Source of the DNA: Sphingobacteriales bacterium
GTDB lineage: Bacteria; Bacteroidota; Bacteroidia; Chitinophagales; JADIYW01
NCBI GenBank assembly: GCA_016721245.1
Contig: JADKIQ010000004.1
Location: 259,058 to 323,057 of the forward strand
DNA length: 64,000 nucleotides
Direction: 5' to 3'
Each line of letters opens with the position of its first letter. Positions within the stretch are counted from its first letter, which is position 1. Positions 49,127 through 57,888 of the stretch are shown one piece after another. Made by a program: the position numbers and the translations under genes. The notes beneath the pieces were generated by a model. That model had not been told where the DNA came from. It was given only the letters and a program-made list of their open reading frames with translations, and did not search any database.

Positions 49127-50515
49127 TTATAATTCAAAAACCTCACCCAGTGAAGGAATTTCCACGGATTTATACTGTTTCTCCAAAAGAGCTGCTTTAT
49201 AAGCTTCTTGTTTTTTAATTTCACCATGCACCAGAAAAATTTTCTTCAATTTATCCGGTTGCTGATTGGCGATAAACTGCAATAACTCCGGCTGATCGGC
49301 ATGCGCACTCATGCTGCTCATCACTTCAACACTTGCCCGTACTTTTATTTCCTGATGAAAGATATTTACGGATTCCGGTTTGTCAACGAGTTTTTGTCCC
49401 AATGTGCCTTGTGCGCAGTAACCCACGATAAGCACTGTATTTTGGGGTTTATCCAGCTGATGGAAAAGATGGTGCTTTACGCGGCCTGCATTTGCCATTC
49501 CGGAGGCAGCGATGATAATACAAGGCTCGGTAGAGGTATTTAGTGCCTTCGACTGATTGGCGTCTTTCACATAATGCATGTTATTCCAGCCAAATGGGTT
49601 TTCATCTTTTTGCATATACTCGTGAATTTCATCATCGAAACATTCCGGATGTATCACAAATATTTCGGTGGCATTCATGGCCAGAGGACTGTCGACATAT
49701 ACATTTATATTTTGCAATTTACCTGAGGTATACATTTTGTCCAGCCGGTATAAAATTTCCTGAGTACGACCGATACTGAAGGCAGGTATAATTAGTTTGC
49801 CGCCTTTTGAAACGCAGGTATCGTAAATGATTTTCAGAAAATGCTCATCGCTTTCCGGTGTTTCCTCATGTGTTTTTCCGCCATAAGTGGATTCACAGAT
49901 AAAATAATCCAAAGCAGGCATAGGAGCCGGGTCGTTCAGGATAGGACGATTGTATCTGCCGATATCACCTGAAAAGCCAAGTACAGTTTCTTTACCATTT
50001 TCTTTAATTTTTAAAGCAACGGTGGCACTTCCTAAAATATGTCCGGCATCAGAGAATAAAACTTCAATGCTATCATTTACGGAAAACCAGTTGTCATATT
50101 CTGTACACACAAAATGCTTCAGGCAGTTTTTTGCATCGATTTGCGTGTATAACGGCTTTTGAGGTTTCTTAAACTTGCGTGTTTCATATTCCGCATCGCT
50201 TTCCTGAATTTTAGCACTGTCTAAGAGCATGATGGCCGATAAATCGCGTGTGGCAGACGTGCAGTAGATTTTACCGCGAAATCCGTCTTTTACCAGTTTT
50301 GGAATTCTGCCGCAATGGTCTATATGAGCATGCGACAATATTAATACATCAATTTCGGATGGATTGAAAAACCACTGGCTGTTAAAATCTTCCAGTTCGT
50401 CTTCGTGTCCCTGATATAAACCGCAATCGAGTAGTACTTTAAAGTTGTTTTCTAAGGTGAGCAGGTGACAACTGCCTGTAACCGTTTGTGCAGCGCCGCA
50501 AATTTGTAGTTTCAT
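49127..50515 (-). CDS. MBL-fold beta-CASP family (RNA-metabolising) metallo-hydrolase
   Basis: 'LILSHAHIDHCGRIP' (HxHxDH) and a C-terminal 'MSAHADQPELLQF' beta-CASP motif; 462 aa. Confidence 0.8.
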   Translation of the reverse strand: MKLQICGAAQTVTGSCHLLTLENNFKVLLDCGLYQGHEDELEDFNSQWFFNPSEIDVLILSHAHIDHCGRIPKLVKDGFRGKIYCTSATRDLSAIMLLDSAKIQESDAEYETRKFKKPQKPLYTQIDAKNCLKHFVCTEYDNWFSVNDSIEVLFSDAGHILGSATVALKIKENGKETVLGFSGDIGRYNRPILNDPAPMPALDYFICESTYGGKTHEETPESDEHFLKIIYDTCVSKGGKLIIPAFSIGRTQEILYRLDKMYTSGKLQNINVYVDSPLAMNATEIFVIHPECFDDEIHEYMQKDENPFGWNNMHYVKDANQSKALNTSTEPCIIIAASGMANAGRVKHHLFHQLDKPQNTVLIVGYCAQGTLGQKLVDKPESVNIFHQEIKVRASVEVMSSMSAHADQPELLQFIANQQPDKLKKIFLVHGEIKKQEAYKAALLEKQYKSVEIPSLGEVFEL

Positions 50516-50633
50516 ATTTTAGTTGTAAGTGATAAGTAGTAAGTATTAAGTAATAATTCGAAAGTTACTGATTATTTCATTCAATTTAGAAAAAATAACG
50601 ATAGAACTGTTAACCATAAGACACTAACTTTTA

Positions 50634-50641
50634 TATCTTTG
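50634..50641 (+). promoter_or_regulatory. Bacteroidota -7 promoter box (TAnnTTTG)
   Basis: 'TATCTTTG' lies 18 nt upstream of the ATG at 50660. Confidence 0.4.
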
Positions 50642-50659
50642 TTTAATAAAAATAAAACC

Positions 50660-51127
50660 ATGTTACAGGATATTTATAACGACATACAGGCAAAAATACA
50701 GCAGCAGATTCAGGAGAAATTTGGATTGAGTGCTGACCAGACTACACAGAGCACCAATGTGCTGCTGGAAAATTTTAAGAAATTCTTTTCGGAAGATTTG
50801 ATGGCGGGCGGCATGAGCGGCTTGAGGGATCTGATGAATAATGGGTTGAATGACATTAAAACCAACCCGACGCTGCAGAATTTACGCGAGAACTTATTGA
50901 ATGATTTAGTGAATAAAGTTGGTTTGGCAGAAGATACGGCACAAAAAGTACGTGATTTCTCCCTGACGGAAGTGTTCGAGCGTTTTAAAACGGAATTTAC
51001 AGATGAAAACGGCAAACCAGATTTCGGTAAAATCATGAGCAAACTTTCCATGGATGATTTAAAAGGAAAAGCACAGGAAGTGATTAATAAAATGGGTGTT
51101 GATATTGGTAAGTTGTTTGGGAAGTAG
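50660..51127 (+). CDS. Hypothetical helical protein
   Basis: An ORF with compositional coherence ('MLQDIYNDIQAKIQQQIQEKFGLSADQ...'). I recognise no family. Confidence 0.45.
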   Translation: MLQDIYNDIQAKIQQQIQEKFGLSADQTTQSTNVLLENFKKFFSEDLMAGGMSGLRDLMNNGLNDIKTNPTLQNLRENLLNDLVNKVGLAEDTAQKVRDFSLTEVFERFKTEFTDENGKPDFGKIMSKLSMDDLKGKAQEVINKMGVDIGKLFGK

Positions 51128-51144
51128 TAACTACTATCTTTTGA

Positions 51145-51618
51145 ATGATGGAAAGAGTACGATTGTCTAATAAAATATATTCACTTTATTTAGTAATTAT
51201 ATTGGTTCCAATTATTACAGTCGGAGTAGTATATAATAACTTTTCAAAATTTAATTTTCTTGTATTATTACTTACATCTGCTCTTGTTGTTATAATTGAG
51301 TTTGCTTTTGTCCGATTTATAAATGCATTTAAAGCATTAGAATTTGATGAAAATAATCTTTATATAATTGAAAGTGAAGATGAAATAATTATTCCGTATG
51401 AATGATATTGAAGTTGTTAAACTAACAATGATATTTAACATTAAAAAAATAGTGCGTATAAAATATGATAACTTAGATCATGAAATAAAAAAGAGATTTA
51501 TTTTATGCCAAATATGTGGAGTAATAATGATTTATTTAAATTTCAAGATTTAATTAAACAAAAGAATCCAAATATAATTATTAAGAATTTTTCATCATCA
51601 TTCGACTTAGATCAGTAA
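51145..51618 (+). pseudogene. AT-rich small membrane-protein gene, apparently broken into three frames
   Basis: The 86-aa ORF (2 TM) ends at 51405. Coding-like sequence continues in other frames ('DIEVVKLTMIFNIKKIVRIKYDNLDHEIKK', then 'MPNMWSNNDLFKFQDLIKQKNPNIIIKNF...' to 51618). Confidence 0.3.
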
Positions 51619-51630
51619 AATTAACGGTAA

Positions 51631-52698
51631 TTATAAAACCTGCTCCAACAACTTTCTGTAAATCGTCAGACCGTCTTCGATTTCCTGCAGGTAAATAAAT
51701 TCATCCGCCGTATGGGAACGCTCGGATTTGCCGGGACCGATTTTTACACTTGGTATTTTTAATAAAGCCTGATCGGAAAGGGTAGAAGAGCCGAAGGTTT
51801 CAATACCTAATTTCTCGGCGGCTTTCACAATCATATGTTCTTTATCTATCTGCGAAGGCTGCAAGCGCGTAGAACGTGCTTTGATATCCGCTTTTACATT
51901 GTCGCGTATAATTTCTAAAATCTGGTCGGTGCTGTACTCCGGAATGGTGCGCACATCCACCGTGTATTTGCAAACATCCGGCACCACGTTGTGCTGTGTA
52001 CCTGCATGTATCATACTTACGGTCAGTTTTACAGGACCTAAAGTTGGATTTATCTTTTTGAACTGATAATTCTGAAACCATTGTACATCCACCATAGCGA
52101 GGTAAATCGCATTCAAGCCGTCATTGCGCGCCGCATGTCCGGCTTTCCCTTTTACTTCCGCATCTAATACCATCAGTCCTTTTTCCGCAATGGCCATTTT
52201 CATTTCTGTAGGCTCACCAACAATCGCAAACTCACAGGAGGATGTAATTTCTTCAATTTGCTCGATACCGTTTTTGCCCGAAATTTCTTCTTCAGAAGTG
52301 GCGGCAAAAATGATATTGTATTTTAAATCATCTTTATCGTAAAAATGCAAAAAGGTAGCGAGCAAAGAAATCAAAGCGGCACCGGCATCGTTGCTGCCAA
52401 GCCCGTATAATTTATTTTCTTCCACAGTGGCATTAAACGGATCTTTATTCCAGCCACTGACAGGTTTTACCGTATCAATATGCGAGTTGAGTAAAATCGT
52501 TGGCTTAAGAAAATTGTAGTGTTTATTTTTTGCCCAGGTATTATTCAGTTTGGTTTCAAACGGAATTTTTTTTGATTTCAAAAACTTGCGGATGACATCA
52601 GCAGCCTTGTCTTCTTCTTTGCTGAAAGAAGAAACGCCGATGAGTTTTTGCAATAACTCTATAAACTGAACTTGTATGTCGTCCTGTATTTTGGTCAT
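51631..52698 (-). CDS. argE: M20-family acyl-ornithine/acyl-citrulline deacylase (ArgE-like)
   Basis: 'LLNSHIDTVKP' and a 'GEPTE' metal-binding motif, within arg context. The ATG at 52698 lies 1 nt after the argB stop. Confidence 0.7.
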   Translation of the reverse strand: MTKIQDDIQVQFIELLQKLIGVSSFSKEEDKAADVIRKFLKSKKIPFETKLNNTWAKNKHYNFLKPTILLNSHIDTVKPVSGWNKDPFNATVEENKLYGLGSNDAGAALISLLATFLHFYDKDDLKYNIIFAATSEEEISGKNGIEQIEEITSSCEFAIVGEPTEMKMAIAEKGLMVLDAEVKGKAGHAARNDGLNAIYLAMVDVQWFQNYQFKKINPTLGPVKLTVSMIHAGTQHNVVPDVCKYTVDVRTIPEYSTDQILEIIRDNVKADIKARSTRLQPSQIDKEHMIVKAAEKLGIETFGSSTLSDQALLKIPSVKIGPGKSERSHTADEFIYLQEIEDGLTIYRKLLEQVL

Positions 52699-52699
52699 C

Positions 52700-53491
52700 T
52701 TAGTTTTTGGTAAATGTTGTTCCAAATTTAGCATTTTCATTCACAATAGGAAGTACATTTTTAGCGTGGCATAAAATAACTTTTTCCACACCATTTTCCA
52801 GCGCGTGTATTATATTAGAAGTTTTTGGCAGCATTCCTGCGTTAATGATTTGTTTTTCTTTGAGTTGTTCTACTTCTGCAATATTTAAATGACTGATGAT
52901 ACTGTCATTATTGTTAACATCTTTTAAGAGTCCGTCTTTTTCAAAACAGTAAATAAAGGAGACTTTTTTAACTTTTGATAATTCAACAGCAATGGCCGCA
53001 GCCATCGTGTCGGCATTCGTATTCAGTAAATTTCCTTTTCCGTCGTGTGTTAAGGGGGCAATTACAGGGGTGTAATTTTTTGATAATAAATCAATCAGCA
53101 GGTCTGTATTCACCTTATCAATATCACCTACAAAACCATAATCAATTTCTGTGTTTATACGTTGGTGAGCTTCAATAATATTTGCATCCGCACCAGTAAG
53201 TCCAATAGCATTGCATTTTTGGGATTGCAACTGAGCGACTATTTTTTTATTAATCAGTCCTGCATAAACCATGGTAACAATATCAATTGTTTTTTCATCG
53301 GTGATGCGTCTGCCGTCAATTATTTTTGGTTCAATGTTTAAATCTTTACTGAGTTGTGTTGCTAATTTTCCGCCGCCGTGAATTAATATCTTCGGTGATT
53401 TTATCGCGGCAAAATCAGACAGAAAATCTGCTAACGCTTTTTGGTCGTCAATAATATTTCCACCAATTTTTATAACAACTATCGTTTCCAA
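52700..53491 (-). CDS. argB: Acetylglutamate kinase
   Basis: 'VVIKIGGNII', 'ILIHGGG', 'LLNTNADTMAAAIA'. The start codon appears to be TTG at 53491. Confidence 0.85.
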   Translation of the reverse strand: METIVVIKIGGNIIDDQKALADFLSDFAAIKSPKILIHGGGKLATQLSKDLNIEPKIIDGRRITDEKTIDIVTMVYAGLINKKIVAQLQSQKCNAIGLTGADANIIEAHQRINTEIDYGFVGDIDKVNTDLLIDLLSKNYTPVIAPLTHDGKGNLLNTNADTMAAAIAVELSKVKKVSFIYCFEKDGLLKDVNNNDSIISHLNIAEVEQLKEKQIINAGMLPKTSNIIHALENGVEKVILCHAKNVLPIVNENAKFGTTFTKN

Positions 53492-53524
53492 TTTTGTATA
53501 TTTAAGTTACACTAAAGTACACTT

Positions 53525-54508
53525 ATGTTTAAGAAGATACTATTTTTCTGTGTTATACTATGTTCAATTTTATCTTGTAAAAAAGAAAAGATACGCAAAA
53601 CGTATACCAAAATAATAACGGCACCCGGACCGGAAGATATTGTATTGGATAAAACGTATAACCGGATATTGGTTTCCTGCGATGAACGCAGAGATGGCAG
53701 AACACCGCATGGTGAAATTCAGCAGATACGTTTTGATACGAACAAAAGTACTGTTTTGCCGTTGCTTAATTTACCTGCTATCCCGTTTCACCCGCACGGA
53801 TTTGATTTGCAAATTGTAAATAACACACCTTATCTCTATGTCATCAATCATTATAAAGATGGCTCCAATATTAGTTCTGTTATACAGTTTAAAATTAACG
53901 CAGATAATTTGGAATTTATAAAAGAGTACAAACATCCTTTGCTGATTTCTCCGAACGACTTAACAGTACTATCAAACGGTAGTTTTTATTTTTCAAATGA
54001 TAAAAATTCTGCGGATATTTTAGAACTGCTGACCAATCCAAAAGCCGGTTCTGTGGGTTACTGTGATGGAAATGATACCTGGAAGAAAACGGACAGTGCT
54101 ATTGCATTTCCCAATGGGTTATACAATGAAAATAATAAGCTTTATCTCGCTACCTCTCGTAATTTTGCCTTGTTTACGTATGACATACAATCGGATGGTT
54201 CACTCCGCAACAGAACAACTTTATCCAGTATAAACGGAATGGATAATATAATCCAGAACGGAGATGAATTAATTGTTGCGGTGCATCCGGATGAAGTGAA
54301 ATTTGCCTTATTGTCGTATTTACCTGCGGAATTGTCACCATGTAAGACTTTCTCCATCAACAAAAACACAGGAGCAGCAAAAATCATATTTTCAAATGAT
54401 GGTTCCATGATTTCCGGTTCTTCTACGGCATTGGTGGCAGGAAATGATTTGTATTTATCGCAGGTGTTTGAAGGATTTGTGCTGAAAATAAGCAATTATG
54501 CAGATTAA
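53525..54508 (+). CDS. Paraoxonase/arylesterase-like six-bladed beta-propeller lipoprotein
   Basis: Lipoprotein signal '...LCSILSCKKE', and PON-like landmarks 'GPEDIVLD', 'FHPHGFD', 'SPNDLTVL', 'FPNGLY'. Confidence 0.5.
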   Translation: MFKKILFFCVILCSILSCKKEKIRKTYTKIITAPGPEDIVLDKTYNRILVSCDERRDGRTPHGEIQQIRFDTNKSTVLPLLNLPAIPFHPHGFDLQIVNNTPYLYVINHYKDGSNISSVIQFKINADNLEFIKEYKHPLLISPNDLTVLSNGSFYFSNDKNSADILELLTNPKAGSVGYCDGNDTWKKTDSAIAFPNGLYNENNKLYLATSRNFALFTYDIQSDGSLRNRTTLSSINGMDNIIQNGDELIVAVHPDEVKFALLSYLPAELSPCKTFSINKNTGAAKIIFSNDGSMISGSSTALVAGNDLYLSQVFEGFVLKISNYAD

Positions 54509-54556
54509 TACATACTAAAAAGAGTATATATGCGTTATTCAGAAAATCAACTAAAT

Positions 54557-55573
54557 ATGAAAAATCTATTATTATTGGTTTGTGTAATTACTGCGCAGCT
54601 AACATTTGCAAAACTAATTATTCCGGAAACACCGTTTACTGAATATAAGTTTGAATCCAAAGAATGCAAAGTGATTCAGCACAACAAGTCGAGAATTTTT
54701 GTGCAGCCTTATACTTTTTACTTAGACGGAAAAGTTTACGACGGACAGGTGAATCTGAAATACCGTGAATTCGTGGATCAGCTCGACATCGTGCTGAACC
54801 ATATTCCGATGAGTTACAATGAGAATGACAAGCAGCATGTATTGGAAAGCGGTGGTATGTTTGAGTTAATGGCGTATGGGAACGGAAAGCTGTTATCTTT
54901 TGCGCCGAATAAAAAAGTGCAGGTACAACTGGCCAGTAATTTTGATGTTACCGGAGGCGAAACATTTGTCTTAAACAGACAAGCCAACACCTGGGAGAAA
55001 GAGACACCTTTCGGGAAATCAGCGAATGCCAATCAGCCAAGCACCGATAATAAACAGGATTTGTGGGGAGATAATCTTTGGCAGGATAATGAAGGTCAGA
55101 ATATTGTTTCTGATACTAATGGCAATTTGTTCAGTATTCAGTCTGCACAATCCGGTGCTATGACGTATGAAGAAGTGCGTGACCAGTCGTTTAAAACCAT
55201 TAATGCGGATAAAATGCAGCTGTACAATTGCGATAGAATACTGAACGAGGAAACGGTTCCAATCGTAGCAGATTTTAATCTGGATGGTTATAATCAAAAA
55301 TTAAACTCTGATATTTTTGTCGTTTATAAAAAGAGAAACGCAGTCTTAACCTATCATCCGACACAGTTTGCCAGCGATTTCAAATTATTGCCCAATGAAG
55401 ATTTTACCATTTTTACATTTTCAAAAGATGGCAAAATTGCCGTGCTGGATAATAAGTTTACTGCTGATTTTGATGTGAAATTAAATAAGAATAAGAAAGT
55501 AGTTTTTCCGATGAAGGTATTTGCAAAATTGCCGCAGACCAAGCAGGAACTGGCCAAATTAACGGGATTGTAA
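54557..55573 (+). CDS. Hypothetical secreted protein
   Basis: Signal peptide 'MKNLLLLVCVITAQLTFA'. I recognise no family. Confidence 0.45.
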   Translation: MKNLLLLVCVITAQLTFAKLIIPETPFTEYKFESKECKVIQHNKSRIFVQPYTFYLDGKVYDGQVNLKYREFVDQLDIVLNHIPMSYNENDKQHVLESGGMFELMAYGNGKLLSFAPNKKVQVQLASNFDVTGGETFVLNRQANTWEKETPFGKSANANQPSTDNKQDLWGDNLWQDNEGQNIVSDTNGNLFSIQSAQSGAMTYEEVRDQSFKTINADKMQLYNCDRILNEETVPIVADFNLDGYNQKLNSDIFVVYKKRNAVLTYHPTQFASDFKLLPNEDFTIFTFSKDGKIAVLDNKFTADFDVKLNKNKKVVFPMKVFAKLPQTKQELAKLTGL

Positions 55574-55598
55574 TAAGTCAATAGAAATTAAATTACAG

Positions 55599-56243
55599 AT
55601 GAAAAAATTAGTTATCTTATTACTTTGTTCTTTTATTTTTTGTCATACGAAAGCACAGAATTTCTTTGCGACAGACACGTTTACTTATACAATAAACCTG
55701 GACTTAAGTAAAAATCTTTATTTAAAATCAGTGCCTGTTGATTTACTCAAAGGCTACTGCAAAGGCGACTGGAACGGCTATTATCCGAAACGTGAAATGA
55801 ATCAGTGTTTGTTTGATGATTTTTTGCAGCGCTTCAATTATTATCAGTTAAATATTCCCACTAATTCTAATTTCTGTTTTGAGGATTATTGCAGTAACAG
55901 CTATTACACGGATATGTATAAACAGTTTTCCAGGAAATTAAAATATAAAGAAATAGTCTTCTTTGATCAGCAGCATTCCGTTGTAAAAAGAGAAGTTTTG
56001 TGGATTCAGGTGTTTTATTCAAGAGAGGAGTACGATGGCTGGAAACACTACGAAGGACCGGTTTTCTGGCTGATGGAAATAAATAAAGCAGCTAAAGGAA
56101 TTATCGTTTACAATAAAGATATTCGTTCAGATGGCTGGAGTTTGGAAAAGGAATTTAATCATCCGGCATTTATTGTCAATGAAAATAAGCAGAAAGAAGA
56201 CAAGAAGAAAATGCAAAAAATATTGCAGGTAGAGGAAAATTAG
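55599..56243 (+). CDS. Hypothetical secreted protein with a weak GldN-like C-terminal pattern
   Basis: Signal peptide 'MKKLVILLLCSFIFCHTKAQ'. 'YKEIVFFDQQHSVVKREVLWIQVF' resembles the KE.WFFD..S pattern of GldN-type proteins; this is a recollection only. Confidence 0.4.
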   Translation: MKKLVILLLCSFIFCHTKAQNFFATDTFTYTINLDLSKNLYLKSVPVDLLKGYCKGDWNGYYPKREMNQCLFDDFLQRFNYYQLNIPTNSNFCFEDYCSNSYYTDMYKQFSRKLKYKEIVFFDQQHSVVKREVLWIQVFYSREEYDGWKHYEGPVFWLMEINKAAKGIIVYNKDIRSDGWSLEKEFNHPAFIVNENKQKEDKKKMQKILQVEEN

Positions 56244-56830
56244 TTGTAAATGTTTTTCAATTTTAGCGACCAGTCCAGCTTCATTTCTACAATTAACGGG
56301 AAGTTCGGATCATTTACATATGTAATTTGATAATCACCGCCATCACTTACCGTTTTGCAATCAAACTCATTGGAGAAATCATTATTAAACCCAAAGCTTT
56401 GTGTATGAGTGTATGAGTTTCCAAAAATAGTGAGTACATCATTTTTTTTGTCTGTATAGATTTCCATTGAGCCATTATTTTTAAATGCATCATACATCTT
56501 TCGGCTCAATACAATACAGCATTGGTCTGCCAGACTAATATTTCCATTGGTAAAATAGTTGAAAATTCCGGTAGCATTTTCTATTGCATCTTTACTGAGG
56601 TTCAAAGTTCCTTTTTTATTTATGGGAGCACTCATGTACCAGTCAAAACTATACTCATCTGTGTTCTGTTTTACGGTAATAGTAAATTCGTAGTTAGTGC
56701 CCAAATAATTTACATCATACACCAATCGGGTGCCAACCTTAATAATATCATTTGGTAAAACAGAAGCTTGTGCAGTGTAAGATAAAACTACCATCACAGC
56801 AAACAGTGAAGTTTGTAGAATCTTTAACAT
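56240..56830 (-). CDS. Hypothetical secreted protein
   Basis: Signal peptide 'MLKILQTSLFAVMVVLSYTAQA'. I recognise no family. Confidence 0.45.
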   Translation of the reverse strand: MLKILQTSLFAVMVVLSYTAQASVLPNDIIKVGTRLVYDVNYLGTNYEFTITVKQNTDEYSFDWYMSAPINKKGTLNLSKDAIENATGIFNYFTNGNISLADQCCIVLSRKMYDAFKNNGSMEIYTDKKNDVLTIFGNSYTHTQSFGFNNDFSNEFDCKTVSDGGDYQITYVNDPNFPLIVEMKLDWSLKLKNIYN

Positions 56831-56939
56831 ATTTCAAGATTTTGGCTAATGCAAATTACTATATAATTGATTAGCAGTCAAGTATATAATGGTTAAAAAT
56901 TGATACTAAATTGTTAAACTAAGGAAAATTTTATGTCTT

Positions 56940-57887
56940 TTACAAGCTCTTTAAGATTTCTTTTAACACTGCCTGTGCTGCAAACTCCCGGTTTGCAGCT
57001 TGTTTTATAACTAAGGAATAATCAGCATCTAAAACATCGTCTGCAATTTCTACATTTCTTCTTGTAGGCAGACAATGCATAAATTTTGCATTATTTGTCA
57101 ACTGTATTTTTTTATCGGTAATCATCCAGTTGCTGTGTTCCCCTTTTAGTTGTCCATAGTCTGTATATGAACTCCAGTTTTTAGCATAAATGAAATCAGC
57201 ATCTTTAAAAGCTTGCTCCTGATTATATATGATAGGTGCATTGCCTGAAAACTGCTCATTCAGTTCATATCCTTCAGGATGTGTGATGACAAATTCCACA
57301 TCCGAATGATTCATCCATTCTGCAAAAGAATTGGATACACACTGAGGCAAAGGCTTGATGTGAGGTGCCCAGCTTAAAACTACTTTTGGTCGTTCCTTGT
57401 TTGAATGTTCCCGGATAGTCATTAAATCCGTCAACGATTGCAGCGGATGTACCGTTGCACTTTCCATATTTACCATCGGAACTTTTACATTTTCCATAAA
57501 CTTATGCAACACATATTCCGCATAATCTCTTTCTCTGTCTGTTAAGGTAGGGAATGCACGGATGCCAATAATATCAGCATATTCGCTGATGACGGCAGCG
57601 CCTTCTTTTATGTGTTCAGCAGTATTTCCATTCATGATGGCGCCATCTTCGTATTCCATATTCCAGCTGTCTTGCCCCAGATTTAGTATGATGGTATTCA
57701 TACCCAGATTTTGAGCCGCTTTTTGTGTGGAAATTCTGGTGCGCAGAGATGCATTTAAAAACAGCAGCACCATAGTTTTATTTTCACCTAAGTTTTTGTA
57801 TGCAAAACGATTTTGCTTTAAAGCAATTGCTTCTTGTGCTAATTGTTCTGCATTCTCTACATCTCGTATGTTCAGGAAGTTTTTCAT
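56940..57887 (-). CDS. argF': N-acyl (acetyl/succinyl)-L-ornithine carbamoyltransferase
   Basis: 'NASLRTRIS' (S-x-R-T-R), 'HPLQSLTD', 'FMHCLP'. It has the unusual-OTCase architecture typical of Bacteroidota arg clusters. Confidence 0.85.
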   Translation of the reverse strand: MKNFLNIRDVENAEQLAQEAIALKQNRFAYKNLGENKTMVLLFLNASLRTRISTQKAAQNLGMNTIILNLGQDSWNMEYEDGAIMNGNTAEHIKEGAAVISEYADIIGIRAFPTLTDRERDYAEYVLHKFMENVKVPMVNMESATVHPLQSLTDLMTIREHSNKERPKVVLSWAPHIKPLPQCVSNSFAEWMNHSDVEFVITHPEGYELNEQFSGNAPIIYNQEQAFKDADFIYAKNWSSYTDYGQLKGEHSNWMITDKKIQLTNNAKFMHCLPTRRNVEIADDVLDADYSLVIKQAANREFAAQAVLKEILKSL

Positions 57888-57888
57888 T

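Noticed and set aside
47512-50515. A HerA-like ATPase next to a metallo-beta-lactamase-fold nuclease-type gene, considered as a possible defence system
   Set aside because: The ATPase matches the widespread DUF853/YjgR type and the MBL protein is a beta-CASP RNA-metabolising type. No companion defence hallmarks (SIR2, TIR, methylase, DUF4297, restriction endonuclease) or mobile-element context are present, and the genes sit in a housekeeping string with PPK2 and argH.
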